DNA of 64,000 nt from Malacoraja senta (GCA_038087875.1 CM075999.1:3040001-3104000), one strand, 5' to 3'; positions 49,820 through 63,088 are shown, numbered from the stretch's first letter. A program made the numbers and translations. The notes: generated by a model not told the origin, from the letters alone.

Positions 49820-52800
49820 TTGTGTCTCAATGCAAGGAGCATTCGTAATAAGGTGGATGAGTTGAACGTGCAGATAGCTATTAATGATATGATTATGATA
49901 TAGTTGGATCCACGGAGACATGGCTCCAGGGTGACCAAGGCTGGGAGCTGAACATCCAGGGATATTCAATATTCAGGAGGGATAGAGAGAAAGGAAAAGG
50001 AGGTGGGGTAGCGTTGCTGGTTAGAGAGGAGATTAACGCAGTGGAAAGGGAAGGACATTAGCTTGGAGGATGTGGAATCGGTATGGGTAGAGCTGCGAAA
50101 CACTATGGGGCAGAAAACACTGGTGGCAGTTGTGTACAGGCCACCTAGCAGTAGTAGTGAAGTTGGGGATGGCATCAAACAGGAAATTAGAAATGCGTGC
50201 AACAAAGGCAAAACAGTTATAATGGGTGACTTCAATCTACATATAGATTGGGTGAATCAAATGGCAGGGATGCTGAGGAAGAGGATTTCTTGGAATGTAT
50301 GGCGGGATAGTTATCTAAACAACATGTAGAGGAACCAACGAGAGAGCAGCTATTCTAGACTGGGTATTGAGTAATATATAACCATATAACCATATAACAT
50401 AACAGCACGGAAACAGGCCACTCGGCCCTTCAATCCGTGCCGAACAATTTTTTTAATTTTTTTTTTTAATTAAAAATAAATACTTCCCCTTAGTCCCATC
50501 TACCTGCACTCAGACCATAACCCTCCATTTCTTTCCCGTCCATATACCCATCCAATCTATTTTTAAAGGATAACATCGAACCTGCCTCCACCACTTCCAC
50601 TGGAAGCTCATTCACACAGCTACCACTCTCTGAGTAAAGAAGTTCCCCCTAATGTTCCCCTAAACTTCTGTCCCTTAATTCTCAAGTCATGTCCCTTGTT
50701 TGAATCTTCCCTACTCTCAATGGGAAAGCTTATCCACGTCCACTCTGTCTAACCCGCTCATAATTTTAAAGAACTCTATCAAGTCCCCTCTTAACCTTCT
50801 GCGCTCCAAAGAATAAAGAACAAAGAATAATGAGGAAGGGTTAGTTAGCAGTCTTGTTGTGCGTGCCCCCTTGGGCAAGAGTGACCATAATATGGTTGAG
50901 TTCTTCATTAGGATGGAAAGTGACATTGTTAATTCAGAAACAATGGTTCTGAACTTAAAGAAAGGTAACTTTGAGGGTATGAGATGTGAATTGGCCAAGA
51001 TTGACTGGCAATTAGTTCTAAAAGGGTTGACGGTGGATATGCAATGGAAGGCTTTTAAAGACTGCATGGATGAACTACAAAAATTGTTCATCCCAGTTTG
51101 GCAAAAGAATAAATCAGGGAAGGTAGTGCATCCGTGGATAACAAGGGAAATCAGGGATAGTATCAAAGCAAAAGATGATGCGTACAAATTTGCCAGAAAA
51201 AGCAGCATACAAGAGGACTGGGAGAAATTCAGAGTCCAGCAGAGGAGGACAAAGGGCTTAATTAGGAAAGGGAAAATAGATTATGAAAGAAAACTGGCAG
51301 GGAACATAAAAACTGACTGCAAATGTTTTTATAGATATGTGAAGAGAAAGAGATTAGTTAAAACAAATGTAGGTCCCTTGCAGTCAGAAACAGGTGAATT
51401 GATCATGGGGAACAAGGATATGGCGGACCAATTGAATAACTACTTTGGTTCCGTCTTCACTAAGGAAGACATAAATAATCTGCTGGAAATAGCAGGGGAC
51501 CGCGGGTCAAAGGAGATGGAGGAACTGAGTGAAATCCAGGTTAGTCGGGAAGTGGTGTTGGGTAAATTGAATGGAGTAAAGGCCGATAAATCACCAGGGC
51601 CAGATAGCTGCATCCCAGAGTACTTAAGGAAGTAGCTCCAGAAATAGTGGATGCAATAGTGATAATTTTTCAAAACTCTTTGGATTCTGGAGTAGTTCCT
51701 GAGGATTGGAGGGTAGCAAACGTAACCCCACTTTTTAAGAAGGGAGGGAGAGAGAAAACGGGGAATTACAGACCAGTTAGTCTAACATCGGTAGTGGGGA
51801 AACTGCTAGAATCCGTATTAAAGATGGGATAGCAGCACATTTGGAAAGTGGTGAAATCATTGGACAAAGTCAGCATGGATTTACGAAAGGTAAATCATAT
51901 CTGACGAATCTTATACAATTTTTCGAGGATGTAACTAGTAGAGTGGATAGGGGAGAACCAGTGGATGTGTTGTATCTGGACTTTCAGAAGGCTTTCGACA
52001 AGGTCCCACATAAGAGATTAATATACAAACTTAAAGCACACGGTATTGGGGGTTCAGTATTGATGTGGATAGAGAACTGGCTGGCAAACAGGAAGCAAAG
52101 AGTAGGAGGTAAACGGGTCCTTTTCACAATGGCAGGCAGTGACTAGTGGGGTACCGCAAGGCTCAGTGCTGGGACCCCAGCTATTTACAATTTATATTAA
52201 TGAACTGGATGAGGGAATTGAAGGCAGCATCTCCAAGTTTGCGGATGACACGAAGCTGGGGGGGCAGTGTTAGCTGTGAGGAGGATGCTAGGAGACTGCC
52301 AAGGTGACTTGGATAGGCTGGGTGAGTGGGCAAATGTTTGGCAGATGCAGTATAATGTGGATAAATGTGAGGTTATCCACTTTGGTGGCAAAAACAGGAA
52401 AGCAGACTATTATCTAAATGGTGGCCGATTAGGAAAAGGGGAGATGCAACAGAGACCTGGGTGTCATGGTACACCAGTCATTGAAAGTAGGCATGCAGGT
52501 GCAGCAGGCAGTGAAGAAAGCGAATGGTATGTTAGCTTTCATAGCAAAAGGATTTGAGTATAGGAGCAGGGAGGTTCTACTGCAGATGTACAGGGTCTTG
52601 GTGAGACCACACCTGGAGTATTGCGTACAGTTTTGGTCTCCAAATCTGAGGAAGGACATTATAGCCATAGAGGGAGTGCAGAGAAAGGTTCACCAGACTG
52701 ATTCCTGGGATGTCAGGACTTTCATATGAAGAAAGACTGGATAGACTCGGCTTATACTCGCTAGAATTTAGGAGATTGAGAGGGGATCTTATAGTAACTT

Positions 52801-53170
52801 ACAAAATTCTTATGGGGTTGGACAGGCTAGATGCAGGAAGATTGTTCCCGATGTTGGGGAAGTCCAGGACAAGGGGTCACAGCTTAAGGATAAGGGGGAA
52901 ATCCTTTAAGACCGAGATGAGAAAAACGTTTTCACACAGAGAGTGGTGAATCTCTGAAACTCTCTGCCACAGAGGGTAGTTGAGGCCAGTTCATTGGATA
53001 TATTTAAGAGGGAGTTAGATGTGGCCCTTGTGGCTAAAGGGATCAGGGGGTATGGAGAGAAGGCAGGTACGGGATACTGAGTTGGATGATCAGCCATGAT
53101 CATATTGAATGGCGGTGCAGGCTCGAAGGGCCGAATGGCCTACTCCTGCACCTATTTTCTATGTATCTAT
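49820..53170 (+). mobile_element. Near-complete CR1 LINE ORF2 (endonuclease + RT), multiply frameshifted
   Basis: CLNARSIRNK, IMGDFN, SDHNMV, NYRPVSLTS, YLDFQKAFDKV, FADD, RPHLEYC, then the 3' tail. Confidence 0.92.
50375..50815 (-). mobile_element. CR1 3' fragment (different subfamily) nested antisense in the long CR1
   Basis: (TTATATGG)n tail and TAAT repeated at the junctions. Same subfamily as 57607-58035. Confidence 0.75.
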
Positions 53171-53304
53171 GAAGTAGACCGGTGGCTTTAAAAGGGAAAG
53201 GGTGCCTTGCGGGCAGAGCATCAAGGCAAATTCGTTGTATGTAAATACTTGGCCAATAAACGTATTCATGAGTGATTGTTGTAGATTTTGTTCCTAATAA
53301 GTGC

Positions 53305-53580
53305 GGCACGGTGGCGCAGCGGTAGAGTTGCTGCCTCACGGCGAATGCAGCGCCGGAGACCCGGGTTCGATCCCGACTACGGGTGCTGTCTGTACGGAGT
53401 TTGTGCGTTCTCCCCGTGACCTGCGTGGGTTTTCTCCAGGAGCTCCGGTTTCCTCCCACACTTCGAAACCACACTCGAAAGACGTGCAGGTTTGTGGGTT
53501 AATTGGCTTGGTGTAAATGTAAATTGTCCCTAGTGCGCGCAGGGTAGTGTAGGATAGTGTTAGTGTGTCACTAAACTAAA
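53305..53580 (+). mobile_element. V-SINE (HE1-like)
   Basis: Consensus match. Confidence 0.8.
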
Positions 53581-55007
53581 TTAGATAAATCATTAACACA
53601 AAGTGCATGGACCAGCAAATCACTCCGTTGGGGACAGCTGTTATGCAGTAGCCTTTAAATTGCAACAGGACTTCCCATTAGGTTTTTAGAGATACAGCGC
53701 GGAAACAGGCCCTTCGGCCCACTGAGTCTGCACCGACCAGCGATCCCCGCACACTAACACTATCCTACACACACCAGGGACAATTTATAACAAGCCAATT
53801 AACCTACACGTCTTTGGAGTGCGGGAGGAAACTGGAGGACCCGGAGAAAACCCACGTGGTCACAGGGAGAACGGTGCAAACTCCGTACAGACAGCACCCG
53901 TAGTCGGGATTGAACCCGGGTCTCCGGTGCTGTGAGGCAGCAACTCTACCGCTGCGCCACCGTGCCGTCCTTACGCTGTACATTAGCGTGGGATTCGCTG
54001 AGGTTATTCCGTGCCCTTGTGGCAGGAAGAGTGGATGTTGCCGGAATTCAGTCCTGACGTGTGGGCCAGTTTGGGGAAGAGTCTGGTGGAAGGACAGGAC
54101 CTTGAACAGAGGCAGGAAGAGGAGGGGGTTTGTACACTTTTGCTCGTGTCTTGCCTTGGCTGAAGTGAACACCATGGACTGAATGTGTGGTCAGTTTCCA
54201 ATGAGTGAATGTATACCCTGTCACAGCGTCGAAAGCAAAGTTAGCGTGTATTCTCCAACCCCAAATGAGTCGATTGCAGAGTAATTTCAGAGGGCGGGCA
54301 CGGTGGTGCAGCGGTAGAGTTGCTGCCTCACAGCGCTTGCAGCCCCAGAGACCCTGGTTCGATCCCGACTACGGGCGCTGTCTGTACGGAGTTTGCACGT
54401 TCTCCCCGTGACCCGCGTGGGTTTTCTCTGAGATCTTCGGTTTCCTCCCACACTCCAAAGACGTACAATTGGTTAATTGGTTTGGTAAATGTAAACATTG
54501 TCCCCAGTGTGTAGGAGTGTGTTAATGTGCGGGGCGCGGACTCGGTGGATGGAAGGGCCTGTTTCCGTGCTGTTTCTCTAAACTAAACTAAAAGGGCATT
54601 TAATAGTTAACCACACTTGCCATAAGGTCATAAAGTCATAAGAGATAGGAGCAGAATTAGGCCATTCGGCCCATCAAGTCTACTCCGCCTATCCATCGTG
54701 GCTGATCTATCTCTCCCTCCCAACCCCATTCTCCTGCCACCTCCCCATAACCTCTGACACCCGCTGTCTATCTCCGCTTTAACAATATCCACTGACTTGT
54801 GGCCTCCACAGCATTGTTTTAGCAAAGAATCCCACAGATTCACCACCCTCTGACGAAAGAAATTCCTCCTCATCTCCTTCCTAAAGGAACGTCCTTTAAT
54901 TCCGAGGCTGTGACCCCTGGTCCTAGACTCTACCCACCAGTGGAAACATCCTCTCCACATCCACTCTATCCAGGCCTTTCACTGTTCGTAAAGTTTCAAT
55001 GAGGTGT

Positions 55008-55250
55008 CAAAAATGTTGGAGAAACTCAGCGGGTGCAGCAGCAGCATCTATGGAGCGAAGGAAATAGGCAACGTTTCGGGCCGAAACCCTTCAGGAAGGA
55101 AATAGGTAACGTTTCGGGCCGAAACCCGGAAGGGTTTCGGCCTGAAACGTTGCCTATTTCCTTCGCTCCATAGATGCTGCTGCACCCGCTGAGTTTCTCC
55201 AGCACTTTTGTCTACCTTCGATTCTCCAGCATCTGCAGTTCCTTCTTAAA
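55008..55250. repeat. Inverted pLTR pair forming a long hairpin
   Basis: GGAGAAACTCAGCGGGTGCAGCAGC...GCTGCTGCACCCGCTGAGTTTCTCC. Near-duplicate at 58720-58975. Confidence 0.75.
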
Positions 55251-55810
55251 CAATTCAACGAGGTGTCCCCGCCCCCCCCTCCTCATCCTTTTAACGTTAT
55301 AGAGAAGGATCTCCACTTTAAGGATATCAATGAACCAAATAACAATCTAAACGCTTCACTGCTGAAATGTATCACTTTCAAATCTGTTCAATATCGCCAG
55401 CTCTTCAGTAATCGAGGGTATTGGTTTCCTGGAGAATGTTTTATTGGGAAAGGCTGCATGAAACACACTCTGGCTCATTTTCTACAGGATTATTCCAGTG
55501 TGGATTATTCCAGATATTATGCCCAGCAGATTTTAAACTCAGAGATTTCCACACCTCCAACATTCAGTGGCGTTCTTGGGGAAGATTTGTAAGCAGAGCA
55601 ATCAGTGGTGTGATTGAAATCCTAGCATTGGGATCAGTAGCTCAGGCCAGTACGCCACTTTAGTTGGGTTTATTATTGAGGTACAGTGAAAAGTTTTTTG
55701 TTGCGCGCTATCCAGTCAGCGGAAAGATTATGCATGATCACAATCAAGCCGTCCACAGTGTAAGGATGCAGGATAAAGGGAATAACGTTTTGTGTAAGAT
55801 TCATAAGTTC

Positions 55811-56470
55811 AATAGACAATAGGTGCAGGAGTAGGCCATTCGGCCCTTCGAGCCAGCACCGCCATTCTTTGTGATCATGGCTGATCATCCACAATCAGTA
55901 ACCCGTGCCTGCCTTCTCCCCATATCCCTAGCCCCTAGAGCTCTATCTAACTCTCTTTTAAATTCATCCGGTGAATTGGCCTCCACTGCCCTCTGTGGCA
56001 GAGAATTCCACAAATTCACAACTCTCTGGGATAAAAGCTTTTTCCCCATCTCAGTTTTTTCCCATCTCCCCTTTATTCTTAGACTGTGGCCCCTGGTTCT
56101 GGACTCCCCCAACATTGGGGACATTTTTCCTGCATCTACCTTGTCCAGTCCTTTTATAATTTTATACGTTTCTATAAGATTCCCCCTCATCCTTCTAAAC
56201 TCCAGTGAATACAAGCCTAGTCTTTCCTATCTTTCCTCATACGACAGTCCCGCCATCCCGGGGATTAACCTCGTGAACCTACGCTGCACTCCCTCAATAG
56301 CAAGGATGTCCTTCCTCAAAGTAGGAGACCAAAACTGCACACAGTACTCCAGATGCGGTCTCACAAGGACCTCTTTACTCCTATACTCAAATCCTCTCGT
56401 TATGAAGGCCAAAATGCCATTAGCTTTCTTCACTGCCTGCTGTACCTGCATGTTTACTTTCAGTAACTGA
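55811..56470 (-). mobile_element. CR1 LINE 3' fragment
   Basis: QVQQAVKKANGILAFI...RPHLEYC...WNSLP. Confidence 0.85.
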
Positions 56471-57606
56471 AAGCTGATTCTATTGCAGGTCAGGCTTCCA
56501 CCACCTGAGGGCGCAATGGCTGAATCCCCCCCCAAGCAGAATCTAGAGTGAAGGAAATGTCTCCAGTTGTGGTCCAAATCGACCCGGAAATCTCCGAAAA
56601 TAAACCAAACTGGTTATCCCAAAGATAATCTCCTCACGGGGCAGGTGTGGAATGAAGATGTGTGATGTATTAAAGATAGTAAATAGAAGGTGATAATCTG
56701 GAACAATAGTTGCAAGTGCTCAACATTGTGGAGATGCAAGGAACTGCAGATGCTGGGACCTTAAAGACACAAAGTGCTGGAGGAACTCAGCGGGTCAGGC
56801 AGCATCTGGGGAGGGAATGGACAGACTACGTTTGGTGTTTCGGGCTTCTTCCTCAGACTGTTTGGAAGAACATGTTAGGTTTTTCCAATGCTAGACATGA
56901 AAAGCTGGAGTAACTCACAGGGACAGAAGGAATGAAGGAGAGAAGGAATGGGTGACGTTTCTGGTCGAGACCCTTCTTCAGATTGAGAGTCAGGGGAGAG
57001 GGAGGCATAGAGATATGGAAGGGCGAGATGTGAAAATGAGAGATCAAAGGGGAAGGGGTTCCCAATGCACTGTTTATCTGTAGCACTCAGATACAACCTC
57101 TGTCCGCTTATAATGGTCTCTCTAAAGCAATACCTTTATCATCGGGGTGTGTTTCTTCCACAGCCTGTGAGTGGGTTTCTTTGTTTTATTTAAATAAAAG
57201 TTGTGCCTGTGACCTGATGTAACAAAGGGCCGTAAGACATGATGCAGTGGTCGCCCCGCCCGCTCTCCAGCCAAGCTACGAGCTAGGGACAAGGTCCACA
57301 TGACCTTGGAAGCCACGGTTGGTTCGCATGGGCAAGCTAGGCCGAAGGGCCTGTTTCCACGCTGTGCGACTCCATAACTCTCTCCATAACTGCCCTTCAG
57401 ACGGTGATTTGCCATAGTTGGAAGCTGGTGGTCCCGCTGGTCAATGGTGTAGGGAGTGGCCCATGGTAGAGTAGGTCGATTGGAAACGGATCCTTGATGA
57501 CGATCTCACTCCCGTCATAGTCTGCTCCAAAGTTTGACACTTTGACCATTAATACTTAAATTGTGGAAACAGACAACAGTCCCTACAGTGAAGATGTGGA
57601 TTACAG

Positions 57607-58035
57607 ATGTTGAACAAGTTAGGTCTTTATTCTTTGGCGCGCAGAAGGTTAAGGGGGGACTTGATAGAGGTCTTTAAAATTATGAGAGGTATAGACAAAG
57701 TTGACGTGGATAAGCTTTTTCAATTGAGAGTAGGGAAGATTCAAACAAGGGGACATGATTTGAGAATTAAGGGACAGAAGTTTAGGGGTAACATGAGGGG
57801 GAACTTCTTTACTCAGAGAGTGGTAGCTGTGTGGAATGAGCTTCCAGTGGAAGTGGTGGAGGCTGGTTCGATTTTAACCTTTAAAAATAGATTGGATGGG
57901 TATATGGACGGGAAAGGAATGGAGGGTTCTGGTCTGAGTGCAGGTAGATAGGACTAGGTGAGAGTAAGTGTTCGGCACGGACTAGAAGGGCCGAGCTGGC
58001 CTGTTTCCGTGCTGTAATTGTTATATGGTTATATA
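57607..58035 (+). mobile_element. CR1 LINE 3' fragment
   Basis: LGLYSLARRRLRGDLIEVFKI...FFTQRVVAVWNELP. Confidence 0.85.
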
Positions 58036-59273
58036 TCCGAGACACTACACTTGGAAAACATTAGGCTTGTCTTGGCGGAAAAAAATGGATCAATTCCTTA
58101 AGACATGGGCACCCTTTACTGAATTTTTACAACTATAGTATGGTGAAACAAATTTAAATTTAAATCCGATGTTATGTTGGGTGAGGCGGGGGGGGGGGGG
58201 GGGGGAGGGGGGGCAAGGTATATCTCCATTTTTTTCTTATTCCTCTATCTTTCTGCTACCCTGCTTTGGTAGTTTAGGGACTTTTTCTTGTTCTCCTCCA
58301 TCCTTTCACTTTTTCCTTTCTTCCTTTCTTGCTTAAAATAAATAAATAGATACATTTTTAAAAAGTTTGACACAAAGCACTGGTGTAACTCGGCAACATC
58401 TCTGGAGAGAAAGGACTGGTGATGTTTTGGGTGGGGACCCCTCTTCAGACAGAGTCTCGACCCAAAACATCGCCCATTCCTTCTCTCCAGGGATGGCCGC
58501 CCGTCCCGCTGAGTTACTCCATCTTTTTGTGTCTATCTTCTGTCTTCTTCTGATCAGTCTCTGGAGAACATGGATAGGTGACGTTTCCTCAGAAGAAATG
58601 TCCCGACCCTAAACGGCGCCTATCCGTGTTCTCCAGAGATGCTGCCTGGCCCGCCGAGTTACTCCAGCGCTCTGTGTCTTTTTTTTTCTGTTGACCAGCA
58701 TCTGCAGTTCCTTGTGTTAAAGAAGGAACTGCAGATGCTGGAAAATCGAAGGTAGACAAAAATGCTGGAGAAACTCAGCGGGTGCAGCAGCAGCATCTAT
58801 GGAGCGAAGGAAATAGGCAACGTTTCGAGCCGAAACCCTTCAGGAAGGAAATAGGTAACGTTTCGGGCCGAAACCCGAAAGGGTTTCGGCCTGAAACGTT
58901 GCCTATTTCCTTCGCTCCATAGATGCTGCTGCACCCGCTGAGTTTCTCCAGCATTTTTGTCTACCTTCTGCAGTTCCTTGTCTGCTTGTGCAAAGTCTGT
59001 CACATTTCCATCAACGCCCTTCTCTATTGCACGAGGTGAAGTGTTTCTGAAGCAAAACTCTGTGCTGGAGGAACTCAGTGAGTCAGGTAGCAACTGGGGA
59101 GGGAAAGGGATAATCGGGGTTTCTGATCAGTCTGAAGAAGGGTTCTCCACCCGAAATGTTCTCCGCCCATTCTCCCTCCACCTGGCCTGCTGGGTTCCTC
59201 CAGCACTTTGTGTTTTTGCTGACGATTCCAGCATCTGCAGTTGCTAGTCGCTCCACGTGTTTCTAAAGTGGAA

Positions 59274-59292
59274 TGCCACCAGGGGGCGCCGT
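59274..59292 (+). promoter_or_regulatory. CTCF consensus motif
   Basis: TGCCACCAGGGGGCGCCGT matches the CTCF core CCACCAGGGGGCGC. Confidence 0.5.
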
Positions 59293-59787
59293 ACGATTGG
59301 CAGCCCCGCCAACAGTCTGTCTGTGTTTTTGGTCTTTTTTACATTTTTAGTGTGTGTGTTCCGGGCAGTGGGGAAGGTAGACGCTCCAGCCCCCACGAGT
59401 CTCGGGCAGATGGGGCTCGTCAGCCTGGGAAGGCAGTCCATCTAGGAGAGGGAAAACTCTGATTTTAAAACCTCCACTGCCTTGTGGCCGTATCCAGTCA
59501 TGGAAAAGGCTCCAGGAGTAAACCTCGAGAAAATCCGGAGTGGGAGCCCCTAAGGCAGTTCGTCGTTGTCTACAACCTCGCTCTGGCAGCTCCTGCGACG
59601 GCGCTGGTGCCAAACTGTAACGGCCCTGCTGTTCCTTTGGATCGATCAGCGACGTGGAGAGGGGGGACGTGCTGCATGGGCAACAGCCTGTCCTCCATAT
59701 GACATCGATCGCCCAGGCTTACATCCGACCAGGATGCATCACCCATGGTCAGTCATGACCGAGGTGGGCCTACTATTAGTGAATGTA

Positions 59788-60107
59788 ATGGCCCTATCCC
59801 AATGTACGAGCTAATTCAAGAGCTCTCCCGAGTTTTAAAATAAATCAAACTCGTGGTAAGTACCTAGAATGTACGTAGCGGGTACGTCGGAGCTCGGGGA
59901 CGTCTCTTAGCGGCTCGTAACGCTAACGGCAGGTACTCTGGAAACGCGGTAAGCTCGGGAAGACTCGTGAAGATTTTTCAACATGTTGAAAAATGCCCAC
60001 GAGAGCCCCGAGTACCTACGAGCGGCCATTACCGTAAATCTCCGAGTTCGAATCAGGGGAAACTTGGGAGAACTCTTGAATTAGCTCGTACAGTGGGACA
60101 GCCCCAT
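59788..60107. mobile_element. Harbinger-like MITE (second family)
   Basis: ~45-bp imperfect TIRs (ATGG(C/G)(C/G)CT(A/G)TCCCA..GTACGAGCTAATTCAAGAG). TSD is ambiguous. Confidence 0.6.
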
Positions 60108-62159
60108 TAAGCATTTGGGTAAATGTTCTCCGGTTTGTTTTATGTGGAGGGGTCGGGGTCGGGGGAAACTTTTTTTTCAGTTTCTTACCTTGCTGGAGAT
60201 GCGATTAATTTTCGGATCGCATTCTCCGGTTACTCTGCAGCCTACCATCGATGGAGCGGGAGGCCTCCTCGGACTGACCTTGGGCCCCACCGCGGGGCGT
60301 GGACTTGCATCGGAGTCGATCCCTTGCTTGGGATCGCTCCAACCGCGGCCTGCGGACTTTACATCGGGAGCTCGCAGTCTCGGGCGAGGACGTGGATATC
60401 GGCACGTGACTGCCCTGTTCATAAGTCATAGGAGCAGAATGAGGCCATTCGGCCCATCTTGTCACGGTCACGGCGGTAGAGTCGCTGCCTTACAGCGAAT
60501 TCAGCGCCGGAGACCCGGGTTCGATCCCAACTACGGGTGCTGTCTGTACGGAGTTTGTACGTTCTCCCCGTGGGTTTTCTCCGAGATCTTCGGTTTCCTC
60601 CCACACTCCAAAGATGTACAGGTTTGGAGGTTAATTGTCTTGGTAAATGTAAAGTTTGTCCCTAGTGGGTGTAGGATAGTGTTAGTGTGCGGGGATCGCA
60701 GTTCAGCACGGACCCGGTGGGCCGAAGGGCCTGTTTCCGCGCTGTATCTCTAAACTAAAATAAACTAAACATGCAAACTCCGTACAGGCAGCACGCATGG
60801 TCAGGATTGAACCTGGGTCCCTGGCGCTGTGAGGTAGCAACTCTACCGCTGCGCCACCATGCTGCCCAAATTGAGACGCATGGCACGATAGTTTTTACAC
60901 AGGGCATGGTGATGGGGGCAGATACCAGAGTGGCATTGAAGAGGCTTCTGGAGATTGTGAGAGGACCTGATAGAGGTTTATAAAATCATGAGAGCGGAAA
61001 AGTTGGAATGTTTTTCCTCGGGTGGAAACATCAAAGATGAGAGGGCGCAGCTTTAAGGTAAAGGAGCAAAGTGTAAAGGGGATGTGCGAGGCAAGTGTTT
61101 TACACAGAGGGGGGTGGGTGCCTGGAACACGCTGCCAGGGGTGGTGGTGGAGGCACATACGATAGTGGTGTTGAAGAGGCTTTTGGAAAGACACATGGAT
61201 ATTGCAGGGAATGGAGGGATCCGGATCGCGTGCAGGCAGATAAGAGTTGGTCTTGGCATCATGGTCGGCACAGACATTGTGGGCCGAAGGGCCTGTTCCT
61301 GTGCTGTACCTTTCCATGTTCTAATGGGCACTGGAAATTTAATATGACATTTGGCCATTAATAAGTTTAACTCACTCTATCTCTTTGTTCGAGCTAATAT
61401 TACTTGACATTTGGTGAGGTCTATGGCCAGGAAGTGTTGAGAGGACTAGGCCAGTAAGGCACCTTGACTGGCATTGACAAGGTGGGCTGAAGGGCCTCTT
61501 TCTGTGCTGTAAAGCCTTTGATCAGTTTACTTTCTAATTCATCCAGCCACTTTTCTGTTTGCTAGTGGTCTATAAAGCACAAAGTGAGAGGTCAGAGGGT
61601 AGTTAACCTGTGGAACTCGTTGCCACCGAGGGCTGTGGAGGCCGTCAGTGGATAGGAAAAAGGGGTCGGCCATTTAGAACGGAGATGAGGAAAAACTTTT
61701 TCACCCAGAGAGTTGTGGAATTCTCTGCCTCTGAAGGCGGTGGAGGCCAATTCTCTGGATACTTTCAAGAGAGAGTTAGATAGAGCTCTTAAAGATAGCG
61801 GAGTCAGGGATAAGGCGGGAACGGAGTAACTGATTGTGGATGATCAGCCGTGATCATATTGAATGGCGGTGCTGGCTCGAAGGGCCGAATGGCCTACTCC
61901 TGCACCTATTGTCTATAGATATTTTTAAGGCAGAGATGGACAAATTCTTAATTAGAACGGGTGTCAGGGGTTATGGGGAGACGGCAGGAAAATCGGAGGC
62001 AGAGATCAGCCATGATTGAATGGCGGAGTAGACGCGATTGGCCGAATGGCCTGATCCTACTCCTATAACGTGAACTTGTAAATGTCGGTCACAAAGTGTT
62101 GAGGGAACTCAGCGGGTCAGGCAGCATCTCCGGGGAACATGGACATGGGCCCTCAGGTC

Positions 62160-62690
62160 AACGTGCCCCATCTACACTAGTCCCACCTGCCCACAGACCA
62201 ACATGCCCCATCTACACTAGTCCCACCTGCCCACCCCAACCCACATGCCCCGTCTACACTAGTCCCACCTGCCCACCCCAACCAACATGCCCCATCTACA
62301 CTAGTCCCACCTGCCACAGACCAACATGCCCCATCTACACTAGTCCCACCTGCCCACCCCTACCAACATGCCCCATCTACACTAGTCCCACCTGCCCACA
62401 GACCAACATGCCCCATCTACACTAGTCCCACCTGCCCACCCCTACCAACATGCCCCATCTACACTAGTCCCACCTGCCCACAGACCAACATGCCCCATCT
62501 ACACTAGTCCCACCTGCCCACAGACCAACATGCCCCATCTACACTAGTCCCACCTGCCCACCCCTACCAACATGCCCCATCTACACTAGTCCCACCTGCC
62601 CACCCCGACCAACATGCCCCATCTACACTAGTCCCACCTGCCCACCCCGACCAACATGCCCCATCTACACTAGTCCCACCTGCCCGCATT
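62160..62690. repeat. 40-42-bp minisatellite (~13 copies) derived from a CR1 3' UTR
   Basis: Unit CCAACATGCCCCATCTACACTAGTCCCACCTGCCCAC(AGA/CCCTA), contiguous with a - strand CR1 fragment to ~62935. Confidence 0.9.
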
Positions 62691-63088
62691 TGGCCCATAT
62701 TCCTCTAAACCTGTCCTATCCATGTCCCTGTCTAAATGTTTAAACGTTGCAATAGTCCCAGCCTCAACTACCTCCTCCAGCAGCTCGTTCCATACACCCA
62801 CCACCCTTTGTGTGAAAATGTTACCCCTCAGGTACCTTAAAATCTTTCCCCCTTCACCTTGAACCTATGTCCTCTGGCCCTTGATTCCCCTACTCTGGGA
62901 AAGAGACTGGGTACATCTGTCCCGATCTATTCCTGCATTTACCCCACCTACCTAGTTTCCGTTTCATGTCGGGACCCTTCTTCAGACAAGTCTTAGTAAT
63001 GGGTGCAATTGATGAAAGTTGAGGAAGATGTGTGCTTAGTGTTGGAGTCTGTTGCTTTAATGCCTCAATTCAAGAGTTGGCAATAATA

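Noticed and set aside
55488..55588. 101-nt exon-like cassette, the same length as the missing CTPS1 exon 4
   Set aside because: No frame resembles VPHITDAIQEWV, and it lies far outside the gene.
57397..57549. 50-aa minus-strand ORF with FGADYDGSE, reminiscent of the RNA polymerase NADFDGD motif
   Set aside because: It lacks the third Asp, has an in-frame stop just upstream, and has no other support.
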